From the NCBI GenBank assembly GCA_011524535.1, contig WTKD01000014.1:28519-92518 (forward strand): a DNA stretch of 64,000 nt. Reading direction: 5' to 3'. The stretch comes from Spirochaetaceae bacterium. Lineage in GTDB: Bacteria; Spirochaetota; Spirochaetia; WTKD01. The number at the start of each line of letters is the position of its first letter. Positions within the stretch are counted from its first letter, which is position 1. Of this stretch, positions 1 through 8,341 are shown piece after piece. The notes under the pieces were generated by a model. That model had not been told where the DNA came from. It ran no database searches and saw only the letters and a list, made by a program, of their open reading frames with translations. A program made the translations under genes and the position numbers.

Positions 1-1109
1 ACACGCTTTCGAGTTTGTATACAGGTTCTGTTCAGCATGATGTCTATCTCGCCAAAATCCGTAATTACCCCTCCTCGCGCATGAGTTCCCTCTATGGAGA
101 CGATATATCGGAGTCGGTGTATGATACGCTCATTGAGCGAATCCACGATGCCCTACCTGATCTGCACAGATATTACGAACTACGAAAAAAAATGCTTGGA
201 GTCGAAAAATTGTGTCATTACGATGTGCACGTCCCTTTATTATCCGACGTTGATGTGGAATATCCCTTCGATGATGCAGTCGATGTTATGCTGAAGGCTT
301 GTGCACCCCTTGGAGAAGAGTATTGTTCGATACTCCAAAAAGGAATACAAGATCGATGGATAGATCGATACGAATCAAAGGGCAAACGCTCTGGTGCATT
401 TTCCTGGTCAACATATAATTCTTATCCATACATTTTGCTCAATTATCGCTCAGAAGGTATAGACAGCCTGTTCACGTTGCTCCATGAAGCAGGTCATAGT
501 ATGCACAGTTATCTGGCTAGTAAGCACAACACTTATGTCGAGCATCAATACACCATCTTTGAAGCAGAAATTGCTTCCACGCTAAACGAAATGCTCCTAT
601 CTCATTATTTGGAATACAATAATCCTAGCACGTCCATGCTGGCCTATTTGTTAAACAACAAAATAGACAATTTTGTTGGCACCATGTTCAGGCAAACCAT
701 GTTTGCCGAGTTCGAACACATTGTACATACACATGCCGAACAAGGAGGGAGCCTAAGCCTTGAGTATTTTACTAATACATACAAAGACCTCCTTCAATTA
801 TATTTTGGAGATATAGTTGAACTTCCCGATTGTGCCTCTTTAGAATGTTTGCGTGTACCGCATTTTTATAGCGCTTTTTACGTGTACAAATATGCCACCG
901 GTATTGCTGCATCGACATGTTTTGCGCAAGAGCTGTTACAAACGGGGGATAATGATCCTTTTCTTTCTTTTTTGAAGAGAGGAGGTCGCGATTTTCCATT
1001 AACAAACCTCGGTATGTCTGGTGTTACGGTTGATCGGGCGCTGGATGAAGCAACAAAATTGTTTAGAGAAACACTGAACAGGTTCGAATCAATCGCTTTA
1101 GAAAAATAG
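1..1109 (+). CDS. pepF: Oligoendopeptidase F (peptidase M3B), 5' end outside window
   Basis: HEAGH zinc motif, GKRSGAFS, AEIASTLNE, VPHFYSAFYVYKYATG. The frame is open from the window edge. Confidence 0.93.
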   Translation, partial: TLSSLYTGSVQHDVYLAKIRNYPSSRMSSLYGDDISESVYDTLIERIHDALPDLHRYYELRKKMLGVEKLCHYDVHVPLLSDVDVEYPFDDAVDVMLKACAPLGEEYCSILQKGIQDRWIDRYESKGKRSGAFSWSTYNSYPYILLNYRSEGIDSLFTLLHEAGHSMHSYLASKHNTYVEHQYTIFEAEIASTLNEMLLSHYLEYNNPSTSMLAYLLNNKIDNFVGTMFRQTMFAEFEHIVHTHAEQGGSLSLEYFTNTYKDLLQLYFGDIVELPDCASLECLRVPHFYSAFYVYKYATGIAASTCFAQELLQTGDNDPFLSFLKRGGRDFPLTNLGMSGVTVDRALDEATKLFRETLNRFESIALEK

Positions 1110-1212
1110 TTAAATAATTATTGTGATGGTATCGGCTCATATTCGCCACAGCTCAGCGAGTATGTATGTTGGACACCATGTACAATGGAATGGTACAATT
1201 GCTCATATTTTT

Positions 1213-1296
1213 GCGGCGGTGGTGGAATCGGTAGACACGCTAGCTTGAGGGGCTAGTGGGGTAAAACCCGTGGAGGTTCAAGTCCTCTTCGCCGCA
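1213..1296 (+). tRNA. tRNA-Leu(GAG)
   Basis: Cloverleaf GCGGCGG...TCGCCGCA, anticodon arm CTAGC-TTGAGGG-GCTAG, long variable arm, GGTTCAAGTCC T-arm. CCA is not encoded. Confidence 0.96.
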
Positions 1297-1443
1297 ATGT
1301 GCCCCTTCGAGTACTCGCTTTTTCGGCTTTGACAAGGCTGAACGATACTTTCCTCGAGCATTTTTCACCCCCTTTTCACCAATAATAATACGAAACATAC
1401 TCTGCATATTTCATGAATTAAGCTCTTACTATGTAAATTTTAT

Positions 1444-1472
1444 TTTACTATATATAGATATATATATATACT
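1444..1472 (+). promoter_or_regulatory. Putative sigma70 promoter whose spacer is a TA dinucleotide repeat
   Basis: TTTACT-17 nt (ATATATAGATATATATA)-TATACT, with an in-frame GTG 6 nt downstream at 1479. Confidence 0.5.
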
Positions 1473-3575
1473 GTGTATGTGAACAATTCTTTGATGCCGC
1501 ATAATGAACCCTTCCACCGCGAATATCTGTTGCAGAACGATACGCTTCATGCACATTTCCAATACGATCTCGATAATGAACTATCTATCGGTCTAACCTT
1601 TCTCGGATACAACATACACATGTCTTGCACAATACGCTGGAAGCACAGCGAGGAGAAAAGCCCGAACCTGGCTACTCCACCAAATATAGTTCAAAGACAA
1701 GCCGGTCAGGGAATTCTATGTGCAATCGATATTCCCAATTCTGCGTTTGAAATCAGTCAGATACGCATGAACACAAATATGTTTGTTGCGGGCAGCGCTG
1801 GGTTCAATGAAGAATTCATACAAGAATATTCGCACGCCCTTTCTCTGTACGCAGATACATCCTTCTATCTTGAAACCATTCAGGGTCTACATATGATCGC
1901 CTTGGAGCGATCTGTTTTGCATGAGAACATCTATTCAAAATGCTCTATCATTCCAGAGTCAAACAATTCAGAATCCAATGGTACTTTTGTATATCCAAGA
2001 GGCTCCAACCATGATCTTTCTTTTATGTGTATCTCACCAGATAGTAATTCGATTCGTGCAACAATACGCTGGGAACTGCTTGGAGAATTACCCAAGGAAC
2101 AGTATCACTCCCTGGTTACGCGCGAACTACCTCACTGGACCGATAGAGCTTCTAGTGTTGTAGAATTTTTGCATACAAAGGATCATCTGTATTCTGGTTC
2201 TCCTCTGAATACGCATATCGAAGTGGCACATGTAATGCTCTTCTTGGTTCTTTCTCATTCTGCTCTTTCTAAAACAGAAACAGAAAAAGCCGTTGATACT
2301 GTCTTAAATACCCTTCCACTCAACAACAAAGCCCCTTCAAAAATTCTCAATTCTTATGAAGCGACGCTTTGGCGTATTGTACACGGAAGCTTTTCAGACA
2401 AAAAATATATAAGTCCTGGAAACACATTCTTGCTAACAGATGCTTTTGAACAGATATTCCTATTACCAATTTGCTTATTGTTTCTTTTGAAAGAACGATC
2501 TTCGTTCAAGAATTATTTTGAAGAAGATCCATCGGGCAAGCTTCAAAAAATAACAAAATTATTATCTATAATAAACACGGCACTTGAAATGATTCCCAAA
2601 AAGAACATACATCGGCTACCTCAACTCTTTCCAGAGAAGAACGTTTTTTCTAACCGTCTAAGCATACAAGGTCATGTGATGCAAAACATACATCTGATTC
2701 CCATCCTTTTATACCAATTGGAACGGTGGTACGCTCGTGATGCAATTCCATCGTATGTATCAAAATTGATACATGTCTGCGAAGTTAATAAATTCTCCCA
2801 GATGTATTCGTTTCTTCAAAAGGGAGATACATACGTTCTTGCTGCATCGAAAAACTCATCAATGCATCTATACACTGCAAAAATTTCTTATAAGCAAGTA
2901 AAACCTCACCTCGATATGTTCTTTGCATCCGCATCGTTTAATACATTGGAACTATCTTATCTCAGATCGCGCACTCTTACTTCTACCCTCACGGCAAAAG
3001 TTCTTTCATTGCACATCGAACGAGGAAAACGTATGAAATTCAAAGCAAAACAAGTAGATGGATCTGTTTTGCCAATCATGACAGCGAATTTTTGTTTCGA
3101 TTTGTTTTTTTCTCATCCAAAGAAATCTGAAATGGAGATGTATTGCGATCTTATGACTCTGCCCTATCCGATAGGATTACACACGCCAATAGGCATAATT
3201 TCAGAAAATGTCTGTTATGTGAACGATTCCGCTATCATATCACAAGCCACAAAGGAAGATGGCACTGCCCGGGTGTTTTATGTGTGGCAGCAATGCATGA
3301 TTGTGCATGGGCTGTATCGATATGTACAAAAAAGCAAATGCCTCCCCAAAGAGCTTTTTAAGCACATCAATAAAATATACACATGGCTACTCAGTATGCT
3401 CCATTCTCTACCAGTATCATGCAATACATATACGTTCGCATGTAAAAAAAATGTCATACAGGTCGCTACCCTATATAATCAAAAAAAGGATTCCGTTTCT
3501 CTGTTATATGGATCGCTACTCGGTCTACACTGGCTTCCTCCGACTTTGGAAAAAATTCCTGGAAGACTAGTATAA
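1473..3575 (+). CDS. Hypothetical protein, distant six-hairpin glycosidase-like, motifs degenerate
   Basis: 700-aa ORF. Segments DGSVLPIM..FDLFF, PYPIGLHTPIG and VWQQ resemble an uncharacterised (alpha/alpha)6 family. The start may be 1479. Confidence 0.45.
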   Translation: MYVNNSLMPHNEPFHREYLLQNDTLHAHFQYDLDNELSIGLTFLGYNIHMSCTIRWKHSEEKSPNLATPPNIVQRQAGQGILCAIDIPNSAFEISQIRMNTNMFVAGSAGFNEEFIQEYSHALSLYADTSFYLETIQGLHMIALERSVLHENIYSKCSIIPESNNSESNGTFVYPRGSNHDLSFMCISPDSNSIRATIRWELLGELPKEQYHSLVTRELPHWTDRASSVVEFLHTKDHLYSGSPLNTHIEVAHVMLFLVLSHSALSKTETEKAVDTVLNTLPLNNKAPSKILNSYEATLWRIVHGSFSDKKYISPGNTFLLTDAFEQIFLLPICLLFLLKERSSFKNYFEEDPSGKLQKITKLLSIINTALEMIPKKNIHRLPQLFPEKNVFSNRLSIQGHVMQNIHLIPILLYQLERWYARDAIPSYVSKLIHVCEVNKFSQMYSFLQKGDTYVLAASKNSSMHLYTAKISYKQVKPHLDMFFASASFNTLELSYLRSRTLTSTLTAKVLSLHIERGKRMKFKAKQVDGSVLPIMTANFCFDLFFSHPKKSEMEMYCDLMTLPYPIGLHTPIGIISENVCYVNDSAIISQATKEDGTARVFYVWQQCMIVHGLYRYVQKSKCLPKELFKHINKIYTWLLSMLHSLPVSCNTYTFACKKNVIQVATLYNQKKDSVSLLYGSLLGLHWLPPTLEKIPGRLV

Positions 3576-3588
3576 TATGTATCTTTTT

Positions 3589-4509
3589 CTACAAGTGAAT
3601 TTCTTCTGAATGAGGAGAATCCGCACCCTTGCGCGTGCAGGTAATCGCTGAAACGGTAATTCCGTATTCTGTTATTTCGTCCAATGTCGTGCGAGGCAAA
3701 GCCTGCAGGTCTGCCTGTGTCCGCACCTCTCTGAGATCCAGCATATGGAGAACAGCCGCATGAAAACTGTCTCCTGCACCAACCGTATCGGCAACTTCGA
3801 CCGATTTACCAGGTCTATCAACGGAATTACGTGGAGTATAAAGACTCGCCCCACGCGGACCCCGGGTAAGACAGATAAGACTCACTCCGCGGTCAAGACA
3901 GGATTCGATGATCTTATCTTCTGAAAGGGAGGGAAATAAAAATTCTAGTTCTTCTTCGGTGCATTTAAGAATATCGCATTCGGCGATACCGTCGATCAAT
4001 CGTTTTTGCACATAGGATTTATTAGAAATCACGGATGGGCGAATATTCACATCGAAGGCCCTTAGAAGGGGGTTTTTGTTGGTTCGATGTACCAATTTCT
4101 GCATTTCAGATGCCAGCGGCTCAACATAATACGCAAGAGATCCATACAATAGGCACCACACAGTGTCGTCGAAAGAAGATACTTTCTCAGCGCGAAATGC
4201 AAATAGCGATGTTCCTTCGAAATAGAAAGAGTATGCTACCTCGCCCTGATCTCCTACCTGTACCACCGCAAGGGCACTCGGCTCGGTAACACGCAGCGTA
4301 TAGCTCATATCGACCCCTTCGCGTTCGGCTCGTTCCACAGCCTGAGTTCCAAATCTGTCTTGTGATATACTCCCGGCAAACCCCGCCTTGCTACCCAATC
4401 GGCTTAGTGAAATCGCTGTGTTCAATTGAGAGCCCCCCGATACTGGAACCAATGCACCCGATGTATTCGGGATCATATCGATGATCGCTTCTCCGCAATG
4501 TAACACCAT
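3589..4509 (-). CDS. PfkB-family carbohydrate kinase (fructokinase-like)
   Basis: CGEAIIDM, GGSQLNTA, DVNIRP and DTVGAGDSF signature motifs. Confidence 0.92.
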   Translation of the reverse strand: MVLHCGEAIIDMIPNTSGALVPVSGGSQLNTAISLSRLGSKAGFAGSISQDRFGTQAVERAEREGVDMSYTLRVTEPSALAVVQVGDQGEVAYSFYFEGTSLFAFRAEKVSSFDDTVWCLLYGSLAYYVEPLASEMQKLVHRTNKNPLLRAFDVNIRPSVISNKSYVQKRLIDGIAECDILKCTEEELEFLFPSLSEDKIIESCLDRGVSLICLTRGPRGASLYTPRNSVDRPGKSVEVADTVGAGDSFHAAVLHMLDLREVRTQADLQALPRTTLDEITEYGITVSAITCTRKGADSPHSEEIHL

Positions 4510-4592
4510 GTGTCATTGTAACAAGTCATCGCCCATCTTTAAACATATTCGAGATACTTTGATCACAGCTGAGTTCGCCACTATGACAAGAT

Positions 4593-4666
4593 TGCCCCGG
4601 AGACGATTCGAACGTCCGACCTACTGCTTAGGAGGCAGTTGCTCTATCCTGCTGAGCTACCGGAGC
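4593..4666 (-). tRNA. tRNA-Arg(CCT)
   Basis: Reverse complement GCTCCGGTAGCTCAGCAGGATAGAGC...ACTGC-CTCCTAA-GCAGT...GTTCGAATC...CCGGGGCA. Confidence 0.95.
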
Positions 4667-4791
4667 CTTTCCATGCCGTGAGTATACCACACTTTGCTTT
4701 CTTCGTATCCAATCCAGGGTATGGCTCGATACGATACGCCCATAACCCACTTGTACTGACAGAATATTCCTTTTGGCAATACACTATATCT

Positions 4792-6003
4792 ATGCATCAT
4801 CTTTTTTACGAACACCCTTATCGTAGAACCCACTCAACGAGGGTAACATCATGCGAACAACACAATGCCGTTTGGCATGTGTCCCTAGAAGAAACAATTT
4901 TTTATCCAGAAGGAGGTGGACAGCCGGGTGATCGAGGTACTATAAACGACGTTAGGGTTTTTGATACCCTATACGATGTTTCGGGAGATATTGTACATAT
5001 ATGCGAAGCCCCGGTTTCTGACGACGCTCTGTGTACTCTAGACTGGGAATGGAGATATTTTTATATGGGTGCACACACCGCGCAACATCTCATATCGGCC
5101 TGCCTTGCGCAATTATCGTATCCCACTGTCTCGGTGCATCTTGGAAACGATGCGGTATATGTGGATATAGATGCGAAACACCTCTCAGAAAAAGACATTG
5201 CGCATGTAGAGCAACAGGCCTTTGCTTGCATACGCCAGAACCTTCCTGTTGTCTCTCGTTCTGTTGACTCTGTAGACCAACTCGCATTACGTAGACCATT
5301 GTCACAAAAAGCCATCTCTCGAATACATATGCAAGATATACGTATTGTTGAAATCGGAAACGGGGATATTGATCGTGTGGCCTGTGCAGGGGTACACGTT
5401 AATTCGTGTTCGGAACTCGGATATATCTTGTATCTTTCAGAACAAACCATGCACGAGCGACTGAGAACAATGTGGCTGGTGGCAGAGCAAGCCCGCAGTC
5501 ATATACGTTTGATGCAACACAGCACACAAGAAATAAAACATATTCTCTCGGAACCGCTGCAATCATTGGCAAAAAGAGCCCAAACAATTCAAAAAAATCT
5601 AAAAGAACAAAACCTTGTCATTCGATCATTGCAACAAAAAATAACTTCCATAAAATGCACGGCGGCAACTTCTGGTCTTTTGAAAGTGGAAAAAGACGAA
5701 TTGTATGTCATTAAAGAAATAATTCCCATGCTATTAAAAAAGACAGATCAACAAAAGGTGTTTGGTGCCTACTACGTACACGAGTCGCATTCACATGCTT
5801 CAGAAACCGTTGTTGATTGGATCTTTGTGCATCCTCCAGCTGCTGTTCTTAATCATCCGCTGTGTATTTCTTCTAAAGACAACAACACCAAACGAAATAA
5901 CTCTAAAATGGTACGCGGAACCAACACCCTTTCAGAATTCTCATTTTTTCTCAAAGATTGCTATGATTCTATTAGAGAGCCTCCCATCGCAGATGATCTC
6001 TAG
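4792..6003 (+). CDS. AlaX-type alanyl-tRNA editing protein
   Basis: FYPEGGGQPGDRG, HTAQH and CAGVH zinc ligands. Start moved to ATG 4792 because the longer ORF overlaps the tRNA. Confidence 0.88.
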   Translation: MHHLFYEHPYRRTHSTRVTSCEQHNAVWHVSLEETIFYPEGGGQPGDRGTINDVRVFDTLYDVSGDIVHICEAPVSDDALCTLDWEWRYFYMGAHTAQHLISACLAQLSYPTVSVHLGNDAVYVDIDAKHLSEKDIAHVEQQAFACIRQNLPVVSRSVDSVDQLALRRPLSQKAISRIHMQDIRIVEIGNGDIDRVACAGVHVNSCSELGYILYLSEQTMHERLRTMWLVAEQARSHIRLMQHSTQEIKHILSEPLQSLAKRAQTIQKNLKEQNLVIRSLQQKITSIKCTAATSGLLKVEKDELYVIKEIIPMLLKKTDQQKVFGAYYVHESHSHASETVVDWIFVHPPAAVLNHPLCISSKDNNTKRNNSKMVRGTNTLSEFSFFLKDCYDSIREPPIADDL

Positions 6004-6072
6004 TTTGACGATGTACTATTCTTCCACTGTATTATCCATGTATCTCTTCCAACCCCCTCACTATGATCAAGA

Positions 6073-6101
6073 TTGACAGAAGCCAAGCAGGCAGATACTC
6101 T
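6073..6101 (+). promoter_or_regulatory. Putative sigma70 promoter (leaderless) for the EIIA gene
   Basis: TTGACA-17 nt-TACTCT, 5 nt before GTG 6107. Confidence 0.6.
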
Positions 6102-6106
6102 CAAAT

Positions 6107-6559
6107 GTGGTAGCACTCAAGAAGCACCTCCCCCCAGAAAATATTGCATTGTCTTTGATGGCTGAGGCTAAAGAGGGAATCATTGAGGAGCTCCTCAATC
6201 TGATGATCCAATGTCATCCAACAATCAACAAATCGGTTGCATTGAAAGACTTATTGGAGCGCGAAGCAAAAATGTCAACCGGTATTGAGCAAGGGGTTGC
6301 CATCCCCCATTGTAAAACCACCGCCGTCGAAGAATTATATGCGGTTCTTACCGTTTCGAAAGAAGGAAGAGACTTTCAAAGCCTAGACGGACAACCTTCG
6401 CACATTTTTGTAATGATGCTTTCTCCAAAGAAAAAAATTGGTCCCCACATCGAGTTTCTAGCAACAATAAGCCAGGCGCTAAAAAAAAAGACAACCCGGG
6501 AAAAAATTATACTCGCTCCAACACCCTCTGAAGTCTGTTCACTCATATATGACTTCTAA
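6107..6559 (+). CDS. PTS EIIA domain protein (PtsN/fructose-mannitol EIIA fold)
   Basis: LEREAKMSTGIEQGVAIPHC with the phospho-His, and DFQSLDGQPSHIF. Confidence 0.9.
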   Translation: MVALKKHLPPENIALSLMAEAKEGIIEELLNLMIQCHPTINKSVALKDLLEREAKMSTGIEQGVAIPHCKTTAVEELYAVLTVSKEGRDFQSLDGQPSHIFVMMLSPKKKIGPHIEFLATISQALKKKTTREKIILAPTPSEVCSLIYDF

Positions 6560-6666
6560 CCAGGCCACTAACTTACCAAAACAGCGGGGACATTGCTCCA
6601 CTTTTTGAGTAGGTATAGCGATTTCGCCTTCGTTTACATTTTCCCTGAACTAGTAGAAAATATTTC

Positions 6667-8271
6667 ATGGAAGTGCACTCATCTCCCGTACAATTGGTCC
6701 TACAACTTGCAATTATTCTATTTACCGCAAAATTATTCGCTTTCGTTTTTTCCCGCTATCTAAAACTTCCACGAGTTTTGGGTGAAATTGTTGCTGGCAT
6801 CTGCATAGGTCCCTTTGCACTCGGTGCCTTTCCTATTTTAACCGATGGTCCTCTCTTCTCTATTCCAGTCGATGGATTAACCATTTCTCCAGAAATAGGA
6901 GCCTTTGTGACCATCGCTTCTGTCATATTGATGTTCGTTGCAGGGCTTGAAACCGATGCAAAACAATTCATACGACTATCTGGTATTGCATCCCTCATAG
7001 CATTAGGTGGATTCATCCTCTCCTTTTTTGCTGGTGCATTCATAACCATGATGTTTTTCGCCGAGGTTACCTCTATATTTCACCCAACAGCATTGATTTG
7101 GGGAGTCATAGCCACTACAACCTCTGTAAGTATAACAGCCAGAATATTGAGTGATGAAAACAAAATAGCAACCCCAGAAGCATCTACTATTTTGGCCTCC
7201 GCTGTGCTCGATGATGTTATGGGAATTATCGTACTCGCTGTTATCATCGGCGCCATACGCAGCGATTCAAAATCATTGAATGCAATGACCATTCTTTCTG
7301 TGGCGGGAAGAGCTTTTGGGTTCTGGCTTATTATGTCCATTGTGGGCTTCTTTGTAGCTCCATTATTCATCAAATGGTTGAAACGTTTTCAGTCTTTTGA
7401 AATTATCGCAGGTTTGACCTTTGGAGTCGCGCTTCTCTTGGCCGGCATATCGGAAAGTCTTGGATTAGCTATGATCATTGGAGCCTACATCACCGGGTTA
7501 TCCCTAAGTCAAACCGATATTTCGGAAACATTACAAGAATATCTTCAAGGAATATTTCAAATAATTGTGCCTATATTCTTTGTAAACATGGGAATGCTCA
7601 TCGATTTCCGAAAAATGGAAGGTCGTATCATTGGCTTCGGCTTGGTTTATAGCGTATTATCCATAATTGCAAAAGTCCTAGGTTCTGGTTCATTTGCCTT
7701 GCTTACTGGATTCAATTTCCGCGGCGCCTTGCGCATTGGCTGGGGAATGGTCCCACGAGGAGAAGTTGCCCTGATCGTTGCCGGCATTGCATTGTCTTTT
7801 GGTGCTATATCACAAAACATGTTCGGCACCGTTCTTATCCTACTTTTGTTCTCGAGTATTGTAGCTCCGCCCGTACTCTCTCGTCTATTCAAAGGGGCCT
7901 CCGGATACAGAAAAAAATTGCAATCAGAAGCAGAATCGTGCAGAATCTCCCTAAGTATGCCCTCTCCCGAAATTGTTCAATATATCGTTGATCGCTTGGT
8001 TAATTCATTTCATTTAGAAGAATACTTTGTAACGCGGGTTCATCGCACAACTACTATGTACCAAATTAAAAAAGATGATTGCTTGATCGTTCTCCAATGG
8101 AGCGACACAGAATTATCTCTCACAACACACAAAAAATACGAGCAACTTGTTCGATTAGTATTATCCGAAGTCCTGCTTGAACTAAGAGATATTGTTGAAT
8201 CACTGCAAAAAAGTCAAAGCACACAATCATTAAGTAGCGGCTTACTGGGGAAGATGTTCCAAGGCGATTAA
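6667..8271 (+). CDS. Cation:proton antiporter (CPA2/NapA-like) with a soluble C-terminal domain
   Basis: About 12-13 hydrophobic segments, LPRVLGEI, FVAGLETD, AVLDD, MVPRGEVALI. Confidence 0.9.
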   Translation: MEVHSSPVQLVLQLAIILFTAKLFAFVFSRYLKLPRVLGEIVAGICIGPFALGAFPILTDGPLFSIPVDGLTISPEIGAFVTIASVILMFVAGLETDAKQFIRLSGIASLIALGGFILSFFAGAFITMMFFAEVTSIFHPTALIWGVIATTTSVSITARILSDENKIATPEASTILASAVLDDVMGIIVLAVIIGAIRSDSKSLNAMTILSVAGRAFGFWLIMSIVGFFVAPLFIKWLKRFQSFEIIAGLTFGVALLLAGISESLGLAMIIGAYITGLSLSQTDISETLQEYLQGIFQIIVPIFFVNMGMLIDFRKMEGRIIGFGLVYSVLSIIAKVLGSGSFALLTGFNFRGALRIGWGMVPRGEVALIVAGIALSFGAISQNMFGTVLILLLFSSIVAPPVLSRLFKGASGYRKKLQSEAESCRISLSMPSPEIVQYIVDRLVNSFHLEEYFVTRVHRTTTMYQIKKDDCLIVLQWSDTELSLTTHKKYEQLVRLVLSEVLLELRDIVESLQKSQSTQSLSSGLLGKMFQGD

Positions 8272-8341
8272 TCGCTTGATGTATGCCCCACAAAGCACAT
8301 ACCATACAAGTATATCTCTTAATAGGCAAGGATGATATTGC

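Noticed and set aside
1213..4666. Genomic island bounded by tRNA-Leu and tRNA-Arg
   Set aside because: No integrase, no duplicated tRNA 3' end and no other mobility genes are visible.
4639..4791. N-terminal extension of the AlaX ORF
   Set aside because: It overlaps tRNA-Arg and the promoter region; family similarity begins at ATG 4792.
8272..8341. SAM or cobalamin riboswitch upstream of metE
   Set aside because: The spacer is only 70 nt and has no consensus elements.
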